A DNA stretch of 64,000 bases from Brevinematales bacterium. Its GTDB lineage: Bacteria; Spirochaetota; Brevinematia; Brevinematales; JAOACQ01. The notes under the pieces are model-generated. The model saw only the letters and a program-made list of their open reading frames with translations, had not been told where the DNA came from and ran no database searches. Shown one piece after another: positions 26,578-35,515 of this stretch. Each line of letters opens with the position of its first letter. Position 1 is the stretch's first letter. Location of the stretch: positions 2,347 to 66,346 of the forward strand of contig JBBFLL010000002.1 in NCBI GenBank assembly GCA_037479045.1. The letters run 5' to 3'. Position numbers and translations under genes: made by a program.

Positions 26578-28905
26578 TTATTTGAAGAAAACTATGGTTT
26601 TTCCCTGCCCGCCTTCTTCTGGTCTTGCATACTCAAATTTTTCAACTTCCTTTAATGTTTTTAAATATTCGTGAACTAATTTTCTTAAAACACCTTCTCC
26701 CTTTCCGTGAAGTATTTCCATTATGTTGACACCATTTATTATAGCTTTGTCTATATTTTTTTCAAGTGTTTTTATTGCCTCTTCTGCTTTCATTCCTCTT
26801 AAATCAAGGATGAAAGGTGGATTTTCAGCTTTGTAGTTTGTAAACTTTTGTTTTATTGGTTTTTCTTCCGAAGTAGTAAAAAGCTCATCTTTTTCTATAA
26901 AAAGGCTCAAAATTCCAATTCTCACTTTTATTTTGTCGTTTGTTATTTGTTCTATATATCCATCTTTTCCGTATTTTGCAACGTAGACTTTATCTCCAAT
27001 AGAAAGATTTTCTACCTTTTTTCTTTCTTTATCAATAAACTTTTTTTCTTCCTCTTCTATAAAAGTATTTATTTTATTTATTTCTTCTTCAATAAGTTTT
27101 TTGTTTTCTTTCTTTTTTTCTTTTATTTCATTTTTGAGGTAAGCAATTTCTTTGAGAAGCTCATCATATTCTCGTTTAAGGTTTTTAAAATTTTCAGATT
27201 TTATTTTGTTTTTTTCTGCCTCAAATTCCATCTTCATTTTTTCATAATCTTCTTTCAGTTGTTTTGCTTTTTTTAAATTTTCTTCTATAATTCTTTTCTT
27301 TTTGTATAGTTCATTGCTTTCCTTTTCAAATTCCATCATTTTTTTGTCAAGGTCTGTTTGAATTGAATTAAGATATTCTTCGGCATTTTTTATTATGTCT
27401 TCTGGAAGTCCATATTTTCTTGCAATTGTTAAAGCATAACTTTTTCCATATTTGCCTATTTGTAATCTATAAAGAGGTAAAAAATTTTCTTCATCAAACT
27501 CCATTGAAGCATTTATTACATTTTTGTCGGTTAAAGCAATCTGTTTTAAGCCCTGATAATGAGTGGTAATAACAAATAAAGTATTCTTTTCTATAAGTTT
27601 TTTTATTATTCCATAGGCTATTGCTTCTCCTTCCTTTGGTTCAGTAGAAGAGGCTATTTCATCAATAAGAACAATAGATTTTGAATCAGCATTTTTAATT
27701 ATTTCATTCAATGCAATTATATGACCAGAAAAACTGGAAAGATTGTTTGAAATACTTTGTTCATCTCCTATTTCTGCCATTATTTTGGTGAATAATCCCA
27801 TCTCTGAGTTTTCTTTTGCAGGGATTGGAATACCGCATAATGCCATTTTGATAAGTAGTCCTATTGTTTTTATTAATACAGTCTTTCCACCTGCATTGGG
27901 TCCTGATACTATGAGCCCACGATAATTTTTACCTAATTCAACGGTTAAAGGAACTGCTTTATCAAAAAGGAGAGGGTGTCTTGCTTCAACAAGCTTTATA
28001 TAGCTTTCTTCGATGATTTTTGGGAAATTGCATCCATTTTTTATAGCATAGCTTGCTCTTGCATTAAGCCATTCGATTACACCAACTCTTTCATAAATCG
28101 TTCTTATATTTATTGAATTTTCATTAATTTTTTTCGTAATTTCGATTAATAATTTTTCTATTTCTCTGATTTCTTTTTCTTCAAGCTCCATAATTTCTTC
28201 GTTCAGGTAAAAAAGTATTTCAGGTTCGATATACACAGTTTCTCTACTGTTTGAAAAAGAATGAATCAATGCATTGGTCTGGGTTTTAATCTTTGATTTT
28301 TGAGAGGATTTAACGGGTATTACAAATCTTCCATCTTTAAAAGTAATAATTTTTTCCTGAAAACAATCACTTAAATCAGAATTTTGAAAGATTGAATTGC
28401 ACTTCTTTTGAATTTCGTCTTTTAACGATGATTTTCTTTTTCTTATCTTGTTTAATTCTGGCGTTGCATTGTCTTTTATAGTTCCATCAGAATCAAAAAT
28501 ATTAAGAAAAGCGTTGTATAGATCAAATGGAAAAATCTCTTTTTCAATAATTTTTGAAAGTAGGGGATATTTTGACGAATACTCACTGAAATTATCAATA
28601 ATTCCTTTATAGATAAAGAGATATTTTTGAATTTCGAGAAGGTCTTCTATTGACAGGTAGTAATTTTCAATACTACTCATATCAATAGCTTTTTCAATAT
28701 TATTTGCTTCTTCAAAGTGAAATTTTCCATCGTATTTTAAAAATTCAATAGTTTCTTTAACTAAGTCAAATTCATTTTTTAACTTTAAAGTATTGTCAAA
28801 TTGTTTTAATTCTGAAACTATTTTTAAAGAAGAGCTTGTCTTGAGATTTTTTTTTATAATTTCCAGAACTATCTCAAACTCTAAAACTTCATCGTATGTT
28901 TTCAA
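26578..28905 (-). CDS. mutS2: Endonuclease MutS2 (MutS-ATPase plus C-terminal Smr domain)
   Basis: 775 aa. GPNAGGKT, LIDEIASSTEP, a coiled-coil K/E-rich linker, and Smr LDLRGMKAEEA...HGKGEGVLR. Confidence 0.93.
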   Translation of the reverse strand: MKTYDEVLEFEIVLEIIKKNLKTSSSLKIVSELKQFDNTLKLKNEFDLVKETIEFLKYDGKFHFEEANNIEKAIDMSSIENYYLSIEDLLEIQKYLFIYKGIIDNFSEYSSKYPLLSKIIEKEIFPFDLYNAFLNIFDSDGTIKDNATPELNKIRKRKSSLKDEIQKKCNSIFQNSDLSDCFQEKIITFKDGRFVIPVKSSQKSKIKTQTNALIHSFSNSRETVYIEPEILFYLNEEIMELEEKEIREIEKLLIEITKKINENSINIRTIYERVGVIEWLNARASYAIKNGCNFPKIIEESYIKLVEARHPLLFDKAVPLTVELGKNYRGLIVSGPNAGGKTVLIKTIGLLIKMALCGIPIPAKENSEMGLFTKIMAEIGDEQSISNNLSSFSGHIIALNEIIKNADSKSIVLIDEIASSTEPKEGEAIAYGIIKKLIEKNTLFVITTHYQGLKQIALTDKNVINASMEFDEENFLPLYRLQIGKYGKSYALTIARKYGLPEDIIKNAEEYLNSIQTDLDKKMMEFEKESNELYKKKRIIEENLKKAKQLKEDYEKMKMEFEAEKNKIKSENFKNLKREYDELLKEIAYLKNEIKEKKKENKKLIEEEINKINTFIEEEEKKFIDKERKKVENLSIGDKVYVAKYGKDGYIEQITNDKIKVRIGILSLFIEKDELFTTSEEKPIKQKFTNYKAENPPFILDLRGMKAEEAIKTLEKNIDKAIINGVNIMEILHGKGEGVLRKLVHEYLKTLKEVEKFEYARPEEGGQGKTIVFFK

Positions 28906-28917
28906 ATTGGCATCCTG

Positions 28918-29355
28918 TTAAAATTGTTTTATGTAGAAATTAAGTTGAAAAATTGAATCTTTAAAAAGTGGAGATTCATATTTATATTCATTATAATTGG
29001 AAACAAAAACAAAATCAAAATATGCTACAATAAAGGGTAAAAAGAATGTATTAAAATACAAGAAAACCTCATCAGATTTATCTAAGGTAAAACTTTTTCT
29101 TAAATACCAATTTTTTTGTTGTAGTAGGTTGAATGTAACATAATATGTTACAGGTACAGATATAAAATACACTGCATCAAATCTTTTTGTAGGGGTTAAA
29201 GATTCTGTCTGGTTTGTTGAACCTGTTTTAAGATATATGTTTGGAATTTTTTCTTCTTCAGTAATCTTACCTTCCAGATTTGTGATAGATGAATTTGTTT
29301 CTTCAACTCCATAAAGAGCTGAAAAAAATAAAATAGTAAGAAGAAGTTTTTTCAT
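28918..29355 (-). CDS. Hypothetical secreted protein (145 aa)
   Basis: The MKKLLLTILFFSALYG signal peptide is present. No other motif was recognised. Confidence 0.5.
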   Translation of the reverse strand: MKKLLLTILFFSALYGVEETNSSITNLEGKITEEEKIPNIYLKTGSTNQTESLTPTKRFDAVYFISVPVTYYVTFNLLQQKNWYLRKSFTLDKSDEVFLYFNTFFLPFIVAYFDFVFVSNYNEYKYESPLFKDSIFQLNFYIKQF

Positions 29356-29415
29356 AGTTTATATTATACAAAATGAAATATTTTTTTGCAAAAATAAGAA
29401 TTAATTTTCTCAATT

Positions 29416-30546
29416 TTATTTAATGAGAGATTCTATAATTTCATAAAAGTTTTTTGCAGTCTTATTCCATTCAAACTCTGATGCCCATTTTATAGCATTT
29501 TGTGACATTTCATTTCTCAAGTTTTCGTTTTCAAATAAAAGTTCAATTTTTTTAGCAAGTTCAATAATATTTCTGTCGGGGACTAAGAAACCCGAGTAAT
29601 TATTTTTTATTGAATCTCTTAGTCCTTCAACATCGTAGCCAACAACAGGTAATCCACAAGCATTTGCTTCAACTACAGTTATTCCCCAGCCTTCCTTTTC
29701 TGAAGCAATAGCATAGATATGAGATTTTGATAGAAGATTTATTTTTTCCTCATCATTTACATAGCCAAAGAATTTCACATCTTCAGAAATAGATAGTTTT
29801 TTGGCTAACTTTTTTAATCTTTTTTCATCATCACCAGTTCCAAGTATCCATAGCTTTGAAGATTTTACTTTTAAGGAAGAAGATTTTTTCTTTATTATTG
29901 AAAAGGATTTTAAAATGTGATCCACTCTTTTATATTTTTTTAATCTGCCAAAATATACAAGAGTAGGGAAAGGGTTCTTTTCATTTGAAACTTTTGAACG
30001 AATAAAATCAAATTCAATACCATTGTAACAAATGAAAGTTTTTTTGTATTTGTAATTCTGTATTAATTTTTTATTGCTGCTTTCTGATACAACAATTGTT
30101 GGAGTATTTGAATAGAAAGTCAGTAAGAATTTTTCCATAAGGAATACATATAAAGCAACAGGAAAAGGCAGTTCTTTGAAAACACTTGTCCCATGGATAT
30201 GGTGATGAATTGCAATAACTGGTTTGTTTTTTATATATAAAGGAGTTACAAGCGGAATTTTTGAAATATCGTCTATAATAAGATCGTAGTTATTCTTTGA
30301 AAAAAATTTTTTCCAGTAATGGTAGAATGTGAAATTAAACAGGAAATTATTTGGTATTCTATAAACCTTATAGCCATTTATAATTTCAAAATCTGGAAAA
30401 ACCTTTGTAACTCCATTAAAAGTTGATGAAACAAAATCTACTTCCCAATTGGCTGGTTTTCGCTTTAGGATTTCATCTATGTTTACCTCTGCACCACCAG
30501 CCTCAGGATTTTTAATATCTCTCCAGTTTATTACAAGAACCTTCAT
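29416..30546 (-). CDS. Glycosyltransferase family 4 (GT-B, EX7E type)
   Basis: N-terminal INWRDIKNPEAGGAE and C-terminal SEKEGWGITVVEANACGLPVV are typical of GT4. Confidence 0.85.
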   Translation of the reverse strand: MKVLVINWRDIKNPEAGGAEVNIDEILKRKPANWEVDFVSSTFNGVTKVFPDFEIINGYKVYRIPNNFLFNFTFYHYWKKFFSKNNYDLIIDDISKIPLVTPLYIKNKPVIAIHHHIHGTSVFKELPFPVALYVFLMEKFLLTFYSNTPTIVVSESSNKKLIQNYKYKKTFICYNGIEFDFIRSKVSNEKNPFPTLVYFGRLKKYKRVDHILKSFSIIKKKSSSLKVKSSKLWILGTGDDEKRLKKLAKKLSISEDVKFFGYVNDEEKINLLSKSHIYAIASEKEGWGITVVEANACGLPVVGYDVEGLRDSIKNNYSGFLVPDRNIIELAKKIELLFENENLRNEMSQNAIKWASEFEWNKTAKNFYEIIESLIK

Positions 30547-30575
30547 TTATAACATCCATAATAAAGTTAATCTTT

Positions 30576-30604
30576 ATTATAACAAGAAAAATATTATTTT
30601 GCAA
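30576..30604 (-). promoter_or_regulatory. Near-consensus promoter TTGCAA-17-TATAAT (minus strand) for the GT4 gene
   Basis: On the minus strand, TTGCAA is at 30604-30599, the spacer is 17 nt, and TATAAT is at 30581-30576. Confidence 0.5.
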
Positions 30605-30718
30605 AATAGAAAGAGGTAAAAATAAAACTTCCGATAAGAAATATTATGTTAAGTTAATGAAAAATGTCCGATAGATTTTCCCAAGTCTCTTGTCTGAGTC
30701 TTAAATTGTAGGCTCTCT

Positions 30719-31207
30719 TTAATCTTCAATTTCACCCATAATATCAAGTAATTCTTTTTTTACATCTTCTATGTCTTTTTTTAACGCAAGTGATATTTCA
30801 TTTGAAACAAGATTTAATGTCTGGTTGTATAATCTTTTCTCAGTTATTGAAATATCTTTCTTTTTGCTTTGAATAAAAAGGCTTTTTAAGACTTCCATCA
30901 TTTCTATTAATTTGCCTGATTTTAATAGAGTTTGATATTTTGCGTATCTATTTTTCCAGTTTAAATCTATTTCATAATCTTTAGATGACAAATACAGTAG
31001 ACAGGATTTTATTGTTTTTTCATCTGATAGGTATCTTAAGCATATTTTTTCTGCATTGTTTGCTGGAACAGATATTTTAGTTCCAGTAAGAGGGAAAAAT
31101 ATTTCGTAGTAGATATTTTTACTTCCAAGAACTTCTTTTTCTTTAATTTCCGATATCTCTCCAGCTCCATGAAATGGATAAAAAACCCTATCCCCTACTT
31201 TAAACAT
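30719..31207 (-). CDS. CarD/CdnL-family RNA-polymerase-binding regulator
   Basis: MFKVGDRVFYPFHGAGEISEI...YYEIFF is the CarD_CdnL_TRCF N-domain. Confidence 0.85.
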   Translation of the reverse strand: MFKVGDRVFYPFHGAGEISEIKEKEVLGSKNIYYEIFFPLTGTKISVPANNAEKICLRYLSDEKTIKSCLLYLSSKDYEIDLNWKNRYAKYQTLLKSGKLIEMMEVLKSLFIQSKKKDISITEKRLYNQTLNLVSNEISLALKKDIEDVKKELLDIMGEIED

Positions 31208-31805
31208 TAGTTTTTACCTCTTCCCTACCCTTGAATGCTTCTTCAAGACTTTTGCTTCCTGCATATTGAAGTCCTGTTCCAACTGGAATACCTCTTGCAA
31301 GTGTAGTAAATTTTATATGTGAATTTTTAAAAAGATCTTTTATATAAAGTATAGTTGTATCTCCTTCTGGTGTTGCACTTAATGCGAATATGACTTCTAT
31401 GACCTTATTTTCTGTTATTCTTTTAATGAGTTCTTTAATCTTTAAATCTTCTGGTTTTATTCCACTTAAAGGAGAAATTAAACCTTCAAGAGAATGATAA
31501 ATTCCATTATATATGCTGGTATTCTCAATTAAATATATGTCAAGCGGGCTTTCTACTACACATATTTTTGTCTTATCCCTTTTTGGGTCTGTGCAAATTG
31601 AACAGGGATCTGTAATATCTATATTTCCACAAAGGGAACACTTTTTTGTTTTTCTTTTAATTGCTACAATACTTGTTGCTAATTGTTGAGCAAATTCAAA
31701 ACTTTGAGACAAAATATAGAAAGCCACCCTTTCAGCACTTTTTGGTCCAATACCAGGAAGTTTTGAGAATATTTTGATAAAATCTCTTATATTAGGGGGA
31801 TACAT
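31200..31805 (-). CDS. recR: Recombination protein RecR
   Basis: LPGIGPKSAERVAF helix-hairpin-helix, a C4 zinc finger (CSLCGN...CSIC) and a Toprim region are present. Confidence 0.95.
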   Translation of the reverse strand: MYPPNIRDFIKIFSKLPGIGPKSAERVAFYILSQSFEFAQQLATSIVAIKRKTKKCSLCGNIDITDPCSICTDPKRDKTKICVVESPLDIYLIENTSIYNGIYHSLEGLISPLSGIKPEDLKIKELIKRITENKVIEVIFALSATPEGDTTILYIKDLFKNSHIKFTTLARGIPVGTGLQYAGSKSLEEAFKGREEVKTNV

Positions 31806-32105
31806 TTATTTCCCCATGAGGAAATTTCCTATTTCTGAATTTTTCATCTGTTTCTTTACGATTTTATCAATCTCTTTTGCAGCAGCTTTATATGCTTCTT
31901 TAATGCATTTTGCAAGTTCTTCTTTGTCAAGTTTCATAGCTTCATCTGAAATTTCGATATTTCTTAACTCTTTTTCTCCATCAAGGGTTAATTTGATATA
32001 GTTTTTCTTTGAAATACCTGTGGCTCTTATTTCTTCCATTGTTTTTTTTGTTTCTTCTGCAATCTTTCTTAACCTGTTTAATTCTTTAAAATCCTGTATA
32101 GGCAT
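31806..32105 (-). CDS. ybaB: YbaB/EbfC nucleoid-associated protein
   Basis: 99 aa. It sits between dnaX and recR (conserved synteny) and has the typical ...LTLDGEKELRNIEISDEA... core. Confidence 0.9.
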   Translation of the reverse strand: MPIQDFKELNRLRKIAEETKKTMEEIRATGISKKNYIKLTLDGEKELRNIEISDEAMKLDKEELAKCIKEAYKAAAKEIDKIVKKQMKNSEIGNFLMGK

Positions 32106-32117
32106 TCTTTACCTCCT

Positions 32118-33722
32118 CTATTCTTTTATTGGTTTCCCATCAAATTCTTTTATAATCAGTTCTTTTATACTTTTTGGTTTGTTGTCAATTTCCTCAGTTT
32201 CTTTAGATTCAAAAAGGTTTAAGTCAACCTTTTTTTCGTAATTTTCTTTTGAAACTGAAAAATTTAAAGCTATTTTGACTCCAAAGATTTCGTAAAGTTT
32301 ATTTTCTATAGCACTTTTTTTGCTGTTAAAGTATTCTATCGTGTGAGGTTTTGAGAATTCAATAAATAATGCATTATTTTCACATTTTATTGAAGAAATG
32401 TGTGATAACATAGGTTTTGTGAAAGAATTTTCTGAGATCATTTTTATAAATGTTGCTTTAATATTTTCATCGTTTGTTTCAACTTTTTTTTCTACTTCCT
32501 TTTTAGCTGGTGTTGTTGAAACTTGTGTATTTGAGTTGTTTGAAATTGGAGGCTTTTTCTCAGTAGTTGTCTCTTTATCTTCAAGATATTTGATCAGTTC
32601 ATCTTTAATATCTGATAATTTAACGATGTTTTTGTATTCTACAAGTTTAAATAGAGCAATTTCAAACAAAAATTTTTCTGCTATTTCACTTTTCATTTCT
32701 TTAAATAAGTCTACAAGCAGGTCTATCATAGTAATGATTTCTGAGTCAGAAAAATTATTTCCCAATTCCTTGAGTATATTGTACTTATTTTCTGAAAAAT
32801 CAATTATGTAATCATTAAAGTCGAGCTTTTTTACCATTAATATTTCTTTAAGGAATGTTATGAAATTTTTGAGGAACTGTTTTAATTCACCATTTTCGTT
32901 GTAATAATCATTTAATACCTTTAAAGCATTAATATAATCGTTGGAGAGTGCTGCTTTGAGAATATTTTCAAAGTATTTATCATCTGGAATGCCAAGCAAA
33001 TTTTTTACATTTTCCTCGGATATGTCTCCGTCTGTATATAAAGCAACCTGATCAAATATGCTTTCGGCATCTCTCATTGAACCATCGGCCTGTTCAGCAA
33101 TTAAGTATAAAGCATCTTCAGAGAAACTTATTTTTTCTTCTGTAGCAATTTTTTTCAGCTGTTCAACGATAATTTTGTTGTGCATTTTTTTAAAATGATA
33201 GTGTTGACACCTTGATTTGATAGTTGGCAAAATCTTGTGGGATTCAGTAGTAGCAAGAATAAATACTACGTGAGGAGGTGGTTCTTCAAGAGTTTTCAAA
33301 AGTGCGTTTGAGGCTTCATTTGTGAGCATATGAACTTCATCTATTATGTAGATTCTATATTTTCCATTTATTGGAGCATAGATTGTATTATCTTTTATGT
33401 CTCTGATATTCTCTATACCCCTATTTGAAGCTCCATCTATTTCTATAACATTTACTGAGAAGCCATTTGTTATTTCTATACATGAATCGCAAGTATTACA
33501 AGGTTCTCCATCAGGCTGCAAGTTTTTACAATTTAATGCTTTTGCAAATATTCTTGCGGTAGTAGTTTTACCTACTCCTCTTACACCAGAAAAGAGAAGT
33601 GCGTGTGGAACTTTGCCTTTAACTATAGAATTCTTGAGAGCAACAGTAATACCTTCCTGCCCTACTACATCGCTGAATCTTTGAGGTCTCCATTTTCTTG
33701 CGGTAACCTGATAACTCATCAA
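32118..33722 (-). CDS. dnaX: DNA polymerase III subunit tau/gamma
   Basis: ARKWRPQRFSDVVGQE, GVRGVGKTT, a zinc module CNTCDSC, IIDEVHML and KTLEEPP are present. Confidence 0.95.
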   Translation of the reverse strand: MMSYQVTARKWRPQRFSDVVGQEGITVALKNSIVKGKVPHALLFSGVRGVGKTTTARIFAKALNCKNLQPDGEPCNTCDSCIEITNGFSVNVIEIDGASNRGIENIRDIKDNTIYAPINGKYRIYIIDEVHMLTNEASNALLKTLEEPPPHVVFILATTESHKILPTIKSRCQHYHFKKMHNKIIVEQLKKIATEEKISFSEDALYLIAEQADGSMRDAESIFDQVALYTDGDISEENVKNLLGIPDDKYFENILKAALSNDYINALKVLNDYYNENGELKQFLKNFITFLKEILMVKKLDFNDYIIDFSENKYNILKELGNNFSDSEIITMIDLLVDLFKEMKSEIAEKFLFEIALFKLVEYKNIVKLSDIKDELIKYLEDKETTTEKKPPISNNSNTQVSTTPAKKEVEKKVETNDENIKATFIKMISENSFTKPMLSHISSIKCENNALFIEFSKPHTIEYFNSKKSAIENKLYEIFGVKIALNFSVSKENYEKKVDLNLFESKETEEIDNKPKSIKELIIKEFDGKPIKE

Positions 33723-33731
33723 TTACCTCAA

Positions 33732-35363
33732 TTATTTAAAATTAATCAAAGAAGGATCATACTCCTCTGGTTTTTCATATCCGAGCAAATTACAAATGGT
33801 TGCGGCAACGTTTGTTAAACCTCTTTTCTCAAGAGGTGCCATTGTGTATTCTTTGTTATATCCAGAATCAACAATCACAAAAGGAACTGGATTTAAAGTA
33901 TGAGCAGTCTTGGGTTCTTTTTTGCCATTTTTTATTGTAAACATTTCATCAGCATTTCCATGATCTGCTGTAATGATAGTTATACCACCAAGTTCATTTA
34001 CGACTTCAACAAGTTTACCAACACATGCGTCAACAGTTTCAACAGCTTCTATTGCAGCTTCCATAACACCAGTGTGTCCTACCATATCACCATTAGCGAA
34101 ATTAAGCCTTCCAAATTTGTATTTGCCTGATTTGAGAAGTTCTATAGTCTTTTCGGTTATCTCAAGAGCCTTCATTTTTGGAGCTTTATCGAATTGTATC
34201 TTATCAGATGGAATTTCTATATAAGTTTCAAGGGTTTCATCGACATAACCAGACTTATTACCATTCCAGAAATATGTAACATGGCCAAATTTTTGGGTTT
34301 CAGAAATAGCAAAAGATTTTATTCTTTCACCACATAAATATTCACTCACTGTCTTATCTATAAATGGTGGGCTGACAAGGTAATTTTTTGGTAAATGTAA
34401 GTCTCCATCATATTCCATCATACCAGCAAAGAGAACATTTGGTCTGTGTCCCCTATCAAAATATGGAAAATCATCATTTTCAAAAGCCATTGTTATTTCT
34501 ATTGCTCTATCGCCTCTGAAATTATAAAATATAACACTATCATTATCAATAATTTTACCTACAGGCTCGCCATTTTCTTCTATTACGAATGATGGAAGAT
34601 ATTGGTCAGTTATTTTTGGGTCTTCATTATAGAAGGTTTCAACAGCCTCTCTTGCACTTTTGAATTTTCTTCCGATACCATGAACATGTGCATCATAGCC
34701 TCTTTTTACAATGTTCCAGTCTGCAAAGTATCTATCCATTGTTGTAACCATTCTTCCGCCGCCAGAAGCAATTTTATAATCGAGCCCCTGTTTTCTGTAT
34801 TTATCAAGTTCCATTTCAAGTTTGTCAATATATATTAAAGCTGATTTTTCTGGAACATCTCTTCCATCGAGTAAGGTGTGAACTCTTACTTTTTTTATGC
34901 CGATTTCAGCGGCTTTTTTAATCATTGCAAAAAGATGATCTATATGCGAATGAACATTTCCATCTGAAAGTAAACCAATGAAATGAAGTGTAGAATTATT
35001 CTTAATGCAGTTTTCTATCAGTTTTAACCAGACTTCTCCTTTAAAAATGGATCCATCTTCTATTGCCAAATTAACCCTCTTAGCTCCCTGTGCAAAAACC
35101 CTTCCAGCTCCAAGTGCGTTATGCCCTACTTCACTATTTCCCATATCTTCATCTGATGGAAGTCCTACTGCAGTTCCATGAGCTTGAAGAGTTGTAAAAA
35201 GCTCTGTTTTGAATAATCTGTCAAGATTGGGTGTCTTTGCCATATATACAGCATTACCCTCATATTCTTTACCAAGCCCTATTCCATCCATAATTATGAG
35301 AAGTAAAGGACCTTTTCTACCATTAAATTTATCAAGTTTCTTTAAGGATAAACATTCTTTCAT
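33732..35363 (-). CDS. gpmI: 2,3-bisphosphoglycerate-independent phosphoglycerate mutase
   Basis: LLIIMDGIG, GNSEVGHNALGAGR and ITADHGNADEM motifs are present. Confidence 0.95.
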   Translation of the reverse strand: MKECLSLKKLDKFNGRKGPLLLIIMDGIGLGKEYEGNAVYMAKTPNLDRLFKTELFTTLQAHGTAVGLPSDEDMGNSEVGHNALGAGRVFAQGAKRVNLAIEDGSIFKGEVWLKLIENCIKNNSTLHFIGLLSDGNVHSHIDHLFAMIKKAAEIGIKKVRVHTLLDGRDVPEKSALIYIDKLEMELDKYRKQGLDYKIASGGGRMVTTMDRYFADWNIVKRGYDAHVHGIGRKFKSAREAVETFYNEDPKITDQYLPSFVIEENGEPVGKIIDNDSVIFYNFRGDRAIEITMAFENDDFPYFDRGHRPNVLFAGMMEYDGDLHLPKNYLVSPPFIDKTVSEYLCGERIKSFAISETQKFGHVTYFWNGNKSGYVDETLETYIEIPSDKIQFDKAPKMKALEITEKTIELLKSGKYKFGRLNFANGDMVGHTGVMEAAIEAVETVDACVGKLVEVVNELGGITIITADHGNADEMFTIKNGKKEPKTAHTLNPVPFVIVDSGYNKEYTMAPLEKRGLTNVAATICNLLGYEKPEEYDPSLINFK

Positions 35364-35462
35364 TATCTTCCCCTCTTAAAATTATTAACAGAATATTATA
35401 AATTAATTATTTTAAAAAAGCAAACTAATTTCTTCCTTGTAATGTTCCCCAAAATTTTTTAA

Positions 35463-35491
35463 TTGCAAAAAATGGATTTTTATGTTAAAAT
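35463..35491 (+). promoter_or_regulatory. Candidate promoter TTGCAA-17-TAAAAT upstream of dnaE
   Basis: TTGCAA 35463-35468, 17-nt spacer, TAAAAT 35486-35491. SD GAGGGG precedes the ATG at 35516. Confidence 0.45.
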
Positions 35492-35515
35492 CTTATTTCA
35501 CTACGAGGGGAATCA

